Assembly: GCA_016181275.1 (NCBI GenBank)
Contig: JACOZQ010000009.1
Location: 1 to 43,073, forward strand
Reading direction: 5' to 3'
DNA length: 43,073 nt
Source of the DNA: Candidatus Woesearchaeota archaeon
GTDB taxonomy: Archaea; Nanobdellota; Nanobdellia; SCGC-AAA011-G17; ARS1403
Shown here in pieces: positions 35,490 to 43,073 of the stretch; within the stretch, counting starts at the first letter, position 1; every line of letters starts with the position of its first letter. The position numbers were made by a program, and so were the translations under genes. Under the pieces are notes generated by a model. The model was not told the DNA's origin. It was given only the letters and a program-made list of their open reading frames with translations, and ran no database searches.

Positions 35490-37490
35490 TTATTTCTTTC
35501 CAAAGAAAATCATCTTGACGAAGAATAAAGCAACAACTATTAATAATATGTCTCCGATTATCCAGAACATTGTTGAGCTGTTCGCTCCAGCAAATGCTCC
35601 AGTAATTCCTTCAACTCCTGCTTTTCCTTTCACATCAAAGTTCAATGAAAATGATTTAGTATCAAATTCATTTCCGGTAGCAGGCCTTACTGTTACAGTT
35701 GCAGTATAAGTTCCTTCATCAATGTCTTTCAATTTCAAGTTGAAATACAAGTTATTATCTCCAGGATGCAAGCTAACTGTTTGAGATGAAATTGGGTCAG
35801 CCCAGTCGCCGATAGTTGAAACATCAATAACAGTATTCACATCTCTATCTTCATTGTTTGTAAATTGCAAGTGAAGATTAGCAGTCCCTTTTGCAGCATC
35901 AAATTCTTTTGTTTGAGTTGCAACATTCAAGTCAACTTGTTTTCCAGTTCCAGTTATAGTTGTTCCAGTTGATTTAACAGTTAGAGTAACAAATTCCTGG
36001 CTGTTGTCATATGCATCATCATTGTCATCATAAACACTAATATCAATCAAGTAGTCTTTCTCATCTGCATTAGCAGGGATATTTAATGTAAATCTTCTTG
36101 TTATGTCATCATTGCTGTCTCCAGATTTGTCAAGATCAAACTCAGCTGAAACCAAGTTTATCCCCAGCTCATTGTTGGATACTTTAACATAAGCATCCCT
36201 CTGGTCATTGCTCCCGACGTTTTCAACATCAACAATTAATTCTACAATGTCTCCAGGTTTGACAATGCTTGTAGTTAAGTCAGCGCTTCTTACAATTATA
36301 TCATCTTTATCTCTATCGAAATCCATGTTTATAGAATCAAAATTGCAATTCTGGTCTTCATCTCCGTCCTCAAGAGTTTTGATGAATAAGACATATCTGT
36401 CATCCTCGTCGCCGTCAAAGTTTCTAGGAACTTCCAAATCGAATTCAAAAGTTTCCTCATCATTGTCTTTTATCTCTTCGCTGCTTGATTCAGCAGTTGC
36501 AACTTCCTCATCCTCATCTAAATTATAAAGGATTGCTTCGACAGTAACATCAAGATTTTCATCGTCCTCATTTTGCACTTCAACTTCAATGTTCATCTGG
36601 TCTCCTGATTTGAAGTCATCTCCATTGTCAGGATCTTTAATATTTAATTGTAGATGAGCAGCTGATCTTGAGCTCGCATCTCCATCTTTGACAATTCCAT
36701 CTTCGCAGATTTCAGGATGAACTTTCAAATCTAATTTGAATGAATCCAAAATAGTTGATCCGGATTTAACATTAATAACCCCACCATAAGTATCCAAATC
36801 AATATTATCTCCAAAGGCAGAAGTTATTGTTATTGCTTTGGTTTCGCCTGCATTAATTGTCCCTGGATCTGAAAAGCTCAAAGTAATAGCATCATTATCG
36901 TTATCAGTTAAGTCTAAAGCAGCTGTATCAAAGCTTGCAGTTGTCAATGTTATTGGCTGATTTCCAGTGTTCTTCATTTGGAAGGTTCCAGTTATTCCGG
37001 TTTGGCTTTCCTCTCCGATTATTTCCAAAGAAGTTGTATTATCATATGTTAAAACATTCAAAGCAATTACAGAGTTAACAACAACGCTTAATGTAAATGT
37101 ATCAGTTACAGTTGCTGCATTTTCAGTACCGCTGATAGTTATCAATCCAGTATAGGTTCCAGCAGCCTGATTAGCAGGAATGGCAACGCTTACAACAACA
37201 GCTGAAGAAGTTGCTCCATCATTCAAGTTTGCAATTGTAGTTGGATTAAATGATACAGCAGTGTTAGCAATTGAATTGCTTCCGCTTGTTAAAGTAGCAG
37301 AAGTAAATCCGATGTTAGTTACAGCATTACCAGCCACGTTATCATTAACCATAAAGTTTCCAGTTACAGTAGCCTCTGGATTTCCAGCTGCAGGTTGATT
37401 AACGCTTGCTTCTTGTAATGCAAAAGCGCTATTCACAGTCAACAATAGTAATGCCAATATGATGCCTAAAAAGCTTAATTTCTTATACAT
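35490..37490 (-). CDS. Putative S-layer/surface glycoprotein with Ig/CARDB-like domains and C-terminal TM anchor
   Basis: Signal peptide; very acidic beta-rich repeats (VEVQNEDDENLDVTVEA, VDVENVGSNDQRD); ends GITGAFAG + TM + KK. Confidence 0.75.
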   Translation of the reverse strand: MYKKLSFLGIILALLLLTVNSAFALQEASVNQPAAGNPEATVTGNFMVNDNVAGNAVTNIGFTSATLTSGSNSIANTAVSFNPTTIANLNDGATSSAVVVSVAIPANQAAGTYTGLITISGTENAATVTDTFTLSVVVNSVIALNVLTYDNTTSLEIIGEESQTGITGTFQMKNTGNQPITLTTASFDTAALDLTDNDNDAITLSFSDPGTINAGETKAITITSAFGDNIDLDTYGGVINVKSGSTILDSFKLDLKVHPEICEDGIVKDGDASSRSAAHLQLNIKDPDNGDDFKSGDQMNIEVEVQNEDDENLDVTVEAILYNLDEDEEVATAESSSEEIKDNDEETFEFDLEVPRNFDGDEDDRYVLFIKTLEDGDEDQNCNFDSINMDFDRDKDDIIVRSADLTTSIVKPGDIVELIVDVENVGSNDQRDAYVKVSNNELGINLVSAEFDLDKSGDSNDDITRRFTLNIPANADEKDYLIDISVYDDNDDAYDNSQEFVTLTVKSTGTTITGTGKQVDLNVATQTKEFDAAKGTANLHLQFTNNEDRDVNTVIDVSTIGDWADPISSQTVSLHPGDNNLYFNLKLKDIDEGTYTATVTVRPATGNEFDTKSFSLNFDVKGKAGVEGITGAFAGANSSTMFWIIGDILLIVVALFFVKMIFFGKK

Positions 37491-37574
37491 ATTTAAACCC
37501 CCTTAAATATTATAATTTACTTTAGAAATATAATTTATAAATCTTTCGATTATACCCACTTTAAAATAATAACA

Positions 37575-38141
37575 CTAAAATAGGTTTATCACCAGTCCTG
37601 CAATTACCGGTATTAATAGATTGTCGTCAATTTTCCTTTTAAACACAACTAATTCAAGCCCCTCAACGCCCATCGCAATCAAGCTTCCAAAGAAGGCGGC
37701 TTTCCAAGGGGCAAAAAAGGCAGCTCCAAAAGCCCCAAAAACAATCCCAATTATTGTCCCTTCCAGTAATTTATTTTTATTGAACGGATTGCTGATTTTC
37801 CCAAACCTTCCTAAATGGCAAAAACTATCTCCCAAGGCGAGAACCATTATGCTTGCAAGTGCAATCTCTTTCTCAAACAATCCAAGCACAATTATGCTCC
37901 CGAGAAAATAAGTCAAAGCACCATACCCAGGAAGAGTTTCCTTCTCTCTGTCAAAGTTTTTCAAGAACCAATTAATCCCAAATAATCTATATTTTTTAGA
38001 AAGCAGAGACAAAACAAATCCAGCAAGCAACAAGAAGAACAGAGATTTGATATTCAATACTTCTCTATAGAGCAAAGCAACAATAATTATTCCAAGCAGC
38101 AGATGAAATATCTGTCTCTTTAGCTCCAGGTTTTTATCCAT
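37575..38141 (-). CDS. CTP-dependent dolichol/polyprenol/diacylglycerol kinase family (SEC59/VTE5/DGK1-like)
   Basis: ELKRQIFHL, LALGDSF, KLLEGT, IDDNLLIP. Confidence 0.85.
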   Translation of the reverse strand: MDKNLELKRQIFHLLLGIIIVALLYREVLNIKSLFFLLLAGFVLSLLSKKYRLFGINWFLKNFDREKETLPGYGALTYFLGSIIVLGLFEKEIALASIMVLALGDSFCHLGRFGKISNPFNKNKLLEGTIIGIVFGAFGAAFFAPWKAAFFGSLIAMGVEGLELVVFKRKIDDNLLIPVIAGLVINLF

Positions 38142-38674
38142 TTTCTGTAGATCATGTAAATTCCAATTCCTAATAATCCTCCTCCTATTACATCACTTAA
38201 ATAATGAGTTCCTAAATAAACTCTAGAAAAACTAACTAATACAGCAATTATCAAGAAATAATACTTGAAATTCTTATTTCTTTTATCTTTATGTTTGTCA
38301 AAATGTGCTGCCATAAAAGCAAATATGAAAAAATAGACAGTGGCATGGCTGCTCGGAAAGCTGTAAAGGCTAAATTCATTCAAGACCAGTTCAGCTCCGA
38401 AAGGCCTTGTCCTTCTAACAAGCAATTTCAATAGAATGCTTATTATATAGCTCATAGCAATTCCAATGTAGAAATAAAAAATCTCTTTCTTTTTTTTGAT
38501 GAGATAACTGCAGCCGATTACAACTATTATTAAAAAAAGAATATGGCTTAGATAATACATCAGCAAGAATAAAAACGGGGAAAGAAAATTCTCAATCGAG
38601 CTAAAAATATATTTGTCGAGAAAGAAGCTAGCAACAAGCAAGACAGAAAATAAAATCCAGTATTCTTTTTTCAT
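38120..38674 (-). CDS. PAP2 family membrane lipid phosphatase
   Basis: KLLVRRTRP, SFPSSH, SRVYLGTHYLSDV. Confidence 0.92.
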   Translation of the reverse strand: MKKEYWILFSVLLVASFFLDKYIFSSIENFLSPFLFLLMYYLSHILFLIIVVIGCSYLIKKKKEIFYFYIGIAMSYIISILLKLLVRRTRPFGAELVLNEFSLYSFPSSHATVYFFIFAFMAAHFDKHKDKRNKNFKYYFLIIAVLVSFSRVYLGTHYLSDVIGGGLLGIGIYMIYRKWIKTWS

Positions 38675-38725
38675 GAAGCAAGATAAACAAGTATGTATTT
38701 AAATAAATAACTATAATTAAAACAA

Positions 38726-39244
38726 ATGAATTATTATGGAAATTTGATCATAAGATTGGCAGTTCCTTTTATAATTAGTTATCAATTTTTAAACAAGATA
38801 TTTTACAATGCAACAATATATTTTCCATATTTTTTCATGAAGCTGATAAATTTTCAAGTAATAATGATCCGGCCTTATTTAGTAACTCAAAATAATTATA
38901 TAAGATTCAGTGAGGCATGTGCAGCAGTTTCAGCATATTTTCTTCTTTTATTGCTGATAGTTTTCACAATGGATATGAAATTAAAGGCAAGAACAAAAAT
39001 TTTCCTGATAGGATCTTTGATAATTTTTTCAGCAAACATGATAAGGATACTATTGCTAATTTTTATTCTAGAAAAAAAAGGTTTCAATGCATTCCAGCAG
39101 GTGCATGATGTTTTCTGGATTATATTTGGCTCAATTATAGTGGCTTTAACATGGATATTTTTAACTCGCTTTTATAAAATAAAATCAATCCCAATCTATA
39201 CAGATGTGAAATATTTACTAAAGCAAACAAAACTATTTAAATAA
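38726..39244 (+). CDS. Archaeosortase/exosortase family transpeptidase (pacearchaeosortase-like)
   Basis: Multi-TM; triad Cys (SEACAAVSAY), Arg (ANMIRI), His (QVHDVFW). Confidence 0.8.
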   Translation: MNYYGNLIIRLAVPFIISYQFLNKIFYNATIYFPYFFMKLINFQVIMIRPYLVTQNNYIRFSEACAAVSAYFLLLLLIVFTMDMKLKARTKIFLIGSLIIFSANMIRILLLIFILEKKGFNAFQQVHDVFWIIFGSIIVALTWIFLTRFYKIKSIPIYTDVKYLLKQTKLFK

Positions 39245-39263
39245 AAAGTATGCAGTAATTGGT

Positions 39264-39929
39264 ATGAAAATTTCAATAAATACTGAAACAGAAGAGATTG
39301 AAGAGTTAAGGCATGCAATAGCAATTCTAGAAGACGCAATAAAAAGAAGAGAAAACCCTGATTTATATGATGAAGATGATTTGGGTGAAGACATGGAAGA
39401 GGAAGCAGAAAGCTTGAGTGAAAAAGAGCCACCAAAAGAGATAAAGGAAGAAATAAAGCAGCCTGAAAAACCAGCTCAGCAGGTTCAGCCAATGCAACCG
39501 CAATTGCAGCAGCCACAAAGTTTGCAGCCACCACAACAAATCCAGCAACAACCGCAGTTAAGAATTCCTCCACAGCAACCAATTCAAAGCCAAAGGCCTA
39601 GAGAAAGGGCTCCCGATGTTGATATGTCAGCATTGACAATGTCAGACTTTGGTGAAAGAAAAGAAAGCAGATCAATGGGTGGCAACAGAAGCAATAGCAG
39701 CCATGCATATTCTTCTTCATATTCCCAGCCATCACCTCAACATAGGTCGGATTCTCCAAGAACAGATAATAAATCAGCAGTGAAAAATATTATTGTCTCA
39801 TTGAAAAATCAGCGTCAGGGCCAGGCAATTCAGATGTCAGAGATAGTTACAAAAGCAAGAGAGAGAAGTATATCTGAAAGTGAAACAAGAAATCTGGTTT
39901 CGGAATTGCAGAGAGAAGGGGCTATTTAA
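39264..39929 (+). CDS. Hypothetical protein with acidic, Gln/Pro-rich and Ser-rich low-complexity linker and C-terminal winged-helix-like domain
   Basis: QPQLQQPQ repeats; C-terminal IQMSEIVTKARERSISESETRNLVSELQREGAI. Confidence 0.7.
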   Translation: MKISINTETEEIEELRHAIAILEDAIKRRENPDLYDEDDLGEDMEEEAESLSEKEPPKEIKEEIKQPEKPAQQVQPMQPQLQQPQSLQPPQQIQQQPQLRIPPQQPIQSQRPRERAPDVDMSALTMSDFGERKESRSMGGNRSNSSHAYSSSYSQPSPQHRSDSPRTDNKSAVKNIIVSLKNQRQGQAIQMSEIVTKARERSISESETRNLVSELQREGAI

Positions 39930-39995
39930 GTCTTGAAATCTTTTTTGAATAAGAATCAGCAGCAGATCATTATATACTAATGAACAAAGAATTGA

Positions 39996-40865
39996 TTACT
40001 CAGTGCTTCCTTGATATCTAATCAAGTCTTCAGTAGTTAATTTTTTTCCTTTCTTCAATTTCTCCTCGACGTCTTCAACTTTCTTCAATAAAATTTTTTT
40101 CTTTGCTTCTTCTTTTTCCTCTTTGCTCTTCATTTTAAAAGTATCAATTTTTAGTTTACTGTCTTTGAGCTCATCGAGCTTGTCATTCAAGTTTTTGCTA
40201 AGCGAATTGAACTCTTCTTTAAATTTAAGAAAATTATCAAAAGCCTTTTCCTGCTCAGAATTTATCTCTTTTATTTTCCTAGAAATCTCAAGATAAATAT
40301 TATGTTTCTCTTTACTTTTTCCAGCCAATTCTTGAACTTTTCCATGCAATTCCTCGGCTTTCTTCTTGCTATCAATAATCTCTCTTTCAGCTTTGTTTTT
40401 ATTATCGCTAGTTTCAGCAGAGTCCTTTGCTTTTTTATATTCTTGCTTTAATTTAGAAATTATTTTCATCAGTTTTTTTTCATTTGCAAAGCTCAAAGCC
40501 TCAGTCTCGATCTTCAATTCAAGGCTTTCAATTTCTTTTTTTATGCCTTCAGGAGAATTATCTTTTTCTTTGAAATTAATTTTATCTTTTAGAGATTTTA
40601 CTCTTTCAATTTTTTCTTTTGTAAAGGTGTTTTGCTTATCTCTTTCTTCTTTAAATTTCTTAACATCAGCATTTATTTTATCTTTTTCTTCTCTTAGTTT
40701 TCTAGCTTCATTTACAATTTTTGAAATTTCTTTCTTCAGCCCTTCCTTTTTGCTGAACCATTTCTCTTTTTCTTCATTAACAGAATCGAGTTTTTTCCTG
40801 AGCTCAGCTATCTCATTCTGCAATTCTTTAAATCTATCATTAACTTTTCTCTTTTCATCGCTCAT
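39996..40865 (-). CDS. Archaeal coiled-coil protein (COG1340-like)
   Basis: Continuous heptads; LELKIETEALSFANEKKLM; C-terminal GKKLTTEDL. Confidence 0.8.
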   Translation of the reverse strand: MSDEKRKVNDRFKELQNEIAELRKKLDSVNEEKEKWFSKKEGLKKEISKIVNEARKLREEKDKINADVKKFKEERDKQNTFTKEKIERVKSLKDKINFKEKDNSPEGIKKEIESLELKIETEALSFANEKKLMKIISKLKQEYKKAKDSAETSDNKNKAEREIIDSKKKAEELHGKVQELAGKSKEKHNIYLEISRKIKEINSEQEKAFDNFLKFKEEFNSLSKNLNDKLDELKDSKLKIDTFKMKSKEEKEEAKKKILLKKVEDVEEKLKKGKKLTTEDLIRYQGSTE

Positions 40866-41041
40866 TTTCTATCATAGTTGGTAAAATGCAACAACTAAGA
40901 ATTAAGAAAGAAGGTGGTTTAAAAAGTTTATTACTAATTTTATCTTGGTTAATTCTTTGGTATTTATAAAAAAAGAAGAAGAGATCATTTAAGATACTTC
41001 TCTATCTCTCTTCTATTTTTTCTCCCCAAATATACTTATAT

Positions 41042-41530
41042 TTAATCCGTGAAACCGCTTAATATTCTCTTCACTTCTGTAGAGGCTTCGTAATCTTCAC
41101 CGTCAACTGCATAACTTCTCAAACCTAAATAATGTTTATGACCTTTAACAAGTTTTTCAGCTAATCTTGTAACCAAAGGATATGGGCTCTTTTCTTTTGC
41201 TTCATGTAATATGTTTATCCCTTCATATCTTGATACGGTAATTGTTCCCTTCATAATATCAGATAGCCTATTTTTGGAATAAGTATCCTTCTTATCAGCA
41301 AGATCTGCTAAAGAGTCAAATACTAATAACAAAGCTTCTCTACCATCCGGTATATTTCTATCAACAAGTCTATCAATACCTATATGAATAGCCTCTAAAG
41401 GCATTATACCATAAGGACCATAAGTCATTAAAAGACCGCCCCAACGCTTAGCTCTTTGAGAGAGGTTATTTATTCTATCTCCTATATTATTATTTCCACA
41501 TTTTTCATCTTTCATTTTTTCCTCCTTCAC
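41042..41530 (-). CDS. Hypothetical protein
   Basis: 162-aa ORF with SD-like GAGG/GGAGG; start could be 41515. Confidence 0.6.
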   Translation of the reverse strand: MKEEKMKDEKCGNNNIGDRINNLSQRAKRWGGLLMTYGPYGIMPLEAIHIGIDRLVDRNIPDGREALLLVFDSLADLADKKDTYSKNRLSDIMKGTITVSRYEGINILHEAKEKSPYPLVTRLAEKLVKGHKHYLGLRSYAVDGEDYEASTEVKRILSGFTD

Positions 41531-41628
41531 CTCTTTTGTATAAGATAAAATAGATCTATTTTAAACTTTTTATTAATTTTTTACTATAAAACGATAAATT
41601 TATATATTATAACTTATTAATAGCTAAT

Positions 41629-42594
41629 ATGAAGCTTGATAAAAAGGATTTCAAGATACTCTATGAACTTGACAATAACGCAAGAATTCCTTATTCAAAA
41701 TTATCTAAGAAGATAGGATTAAGTCAGGAGTCTGTAAGATACAGGATTAATAAGTTAGTAAAAGAAGAAATAATCCGGAAATTTTTTACAGTTATTGACA
41801 TTTCTAAATTAGGATTTACATTTTACAAAATTCTTCTTAAGTTGCACAACATAAATGAAAAGAAAATGGAAGAAATCACTGATTATTTATCCAAGAATAA
41901 AGATGTAGTATGGTTAGTCAGTTTGGATGGTAACTTTGATATTGGTTTGGTTGTTAAAGTTAAAAGCATATTAGAATTAAATAATATTATTGAAGAAATA
42001 GATAAAAAATTCAGTCAATATATTAACAGAAGAACAATCTCGATAAATATTCTGGGAGAATATTTAGTTAGAGATTATTTAATAAACAAATCAAGATTAC
42101 CTATTAAGGAAAAATCCTACAAAATAGAATCAGAAGAATATAAGCTTGATAAAATAGATTTAAAGATAATCCAGAACCTAGCAGAAAATGGAAGAAAAAC
42201 AGCCATAGATATTGCTAGAGAATTATCAATTTCATCGGACAGTGTAATCCAAAGAAAAAAGAAACTTGAAAAAGAGAAAATAATTACCGGATATAATCTT
42301 ATTCTTAATAATAGTAACTTAAATCAAATACATTTTAAAGTATTGATAAATCTTGATAATTTTTCACCTGCAAAGATAGATCATCTTATCAATTATGCAA
42401 AATCTATAAATAGAATAGTCTATATAATAAAAACTTTAGGAGAATGGAATTATGAATTTGATATCGAAGTGGAGAATATTGATCAATATAAAGAGATTGT
42501 AATGAACTTAACTAATAAATTTTCAACCATTATTAGAGATTATAACTACCTAATTATAAAAAAGATACATAAATATAACCTATACCCGGAATAA
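41629..42594 (+). CDS. Tandem (double) Lrp/AsnC family transcriptional regulator
   Basis: Two HTH+RAM units (LDKKDFKILYELDNNARIPYSKLSKKIG; LDKIDLKIIQNLAENGRKTAIDIARELS). Confidence 0.9.
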   Translation: MKLDKKDFKILYELDNNARIPYSKLSKKIGLSQESVRYRINKLVKEEIIRKFFTVIDISKLGFTFYKILLKLHNINEKKMEEITDYLSKNKDVVWLVSLDGNFDIGLVVKVKSILELNNIIEEIDKKFSQYINRRTISINILGEYLVRDYLINKSRLPIKEKSYKIESEEYKLDKIDLKIIQNLAENGRKTAIDIARELSISSDSVIQRKKKLEKEKIITGYNLILNNSNLNQIHFKVLINLDNFSPAKIDHLINYAKSINRIVYIIKTLGEWNYEFDIEVENIDQYKEIVMNLTNKFSTIIRDYNYLIIKKIHKYNLYPE

Positions 42595-42595
42595 A

Positions 42596-42917
42596 ATGTT
42601 AACTTTTAAAAATAATAAAATAGATTTGCTTCAATTAGTTCCAAAAACAACTTCAAGTGGGTTTCCAATACAGATTAGAGAGTTCAAAAAGAATAATGAA
42701 ATCTGGCTACATCTACACTACAATCATCCAAGAAAACCAAAATTAGAAATAAAAAGATTTATTGACATTAAAAAATTTGGAAATTTATTAGGACAATATC
42801 AAGCAGAAGGAAACAAACCAATAAATTCAATTTATCCAAAATACAAAGTTGAGTTCAAAAATAAGATTATCAATGAACACGAAGAATTCCTGAATTCATT
42901 AAATGAATTGGGAATAA
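42596..42917 (+). pseudogene. LAGLIDADG-like protein, 5' part, interrupted by an IS200/IS605 element
   Basis: LLGQYQAEG helix followed by VEFKN...FLNSLNELGI; the frame runs into the IS end at 42918. Confidence 0.55.
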
Positions 42918-43073
42918 ATGACATCCTCCCCGCCCTAAAGGTTGCCTTCGGCAACTGCTCACTTCGTTCGCAGACGGGGTTTCCAGTGTAGGAATTCTTA
43001 GATTGCTGGATAAAGTTTATGATGCTCATCTTGATTCTCCACATAGCTTACTGTCTCTTCTAAGTTGACGAAG
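42918..43073 (-). mobile_element. IS200/IS605-family element, right end (partial)
   Basis: Minus strand GGAAACCCCGTC...CTTTAGGGCGGGGAGGATGTCAT: subterminal hairpin with guide GAAA and cleavage site TCAT. Confidence 0.85.
42998..43072 (-). CDS. tnpA: IS200-type Y1 (HUH) transposase, C-terminal fragment
   Basis: Manual translation FVNLEETVSYVENQDEHHKLYPAI* with the catalytic Y-x3-Q motif. Confidence 0.8.
   Translation of the reverse strand, partial: FVNLEETVSYVENQDEHHKLYPAI

Noticed and set aside
42832..43044. 70-aa minus-strand track ORF and the C-terminal tail (DILPALKVAFG...) of the 42596-42991 ORF
   Set aside because: Both read through the non-coding IS end; the real coding frame there is the tnpA C-terminus ending at 42998.
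42918..43073. TnpB/omegaRNA RNA-guided system at the IS200/IS605 end
   Set aside because: tnpA runs to within 80 nt of the right end with no tnpB or iscB visible; the rest of the element is outside the window.

Overview
AT-rich archaeal chromosome segment, most consistent with a DPANN lineage such as Woesearchaeota or Pacearchaeota. This is an inference from rpl15e, TFE, Nre, archaeal-type ProRS, a short AlaRS, an intron-containing tRNA, an archaeosortase-family gene and many Cys-rich secreted proteins. Housekeeping genes: proS, alaS, leuS, rpl15e, tfe, nre, a degenerate prs-like gene, and three tRNAs (Arg-TCG, Arg-TCT with intron, Cys-GCA). Main accessory features: (1) a >1030-aa secreted protein missed by the ORF track (minus strand, 3104 to off-window), with two eukaryote-style thrombospondin type-1 repeats, five cadherin/He_PIG-like domains and two dockerin-like domains; (2) a ~6.0-kb putative cargo transposon (12902-18925) containing a SWIM-finger IS6-like DDE transposase, an unannotated 48-aa Zn-ribbon gene and an Hhe-type DUF4011 helicase-nuclease, bounded by an inverted end motif and an 8-10 bp direct repeat just upstream of the rpl15e promoter; (3) two toxin-antitoxin-like cassettes placed directly in front of aminoacyl-tRNA synthetase genes, one flanked by a duplication of the proS 5' end and one preceded by four operator-like palindromes; (4) a frameshifted pilin-M64 peptidase fusion; (5) a cluster of S-layer-like protein, polyprenol kinase, PAP2 phosphatase and archaeosortase; (6) an IS200/IS605 right end and tnpA C-terminus interrupting a LAGLIDADG-like gene at the right edge. 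All family calls come from motif recognition by eye; no database searches were run.
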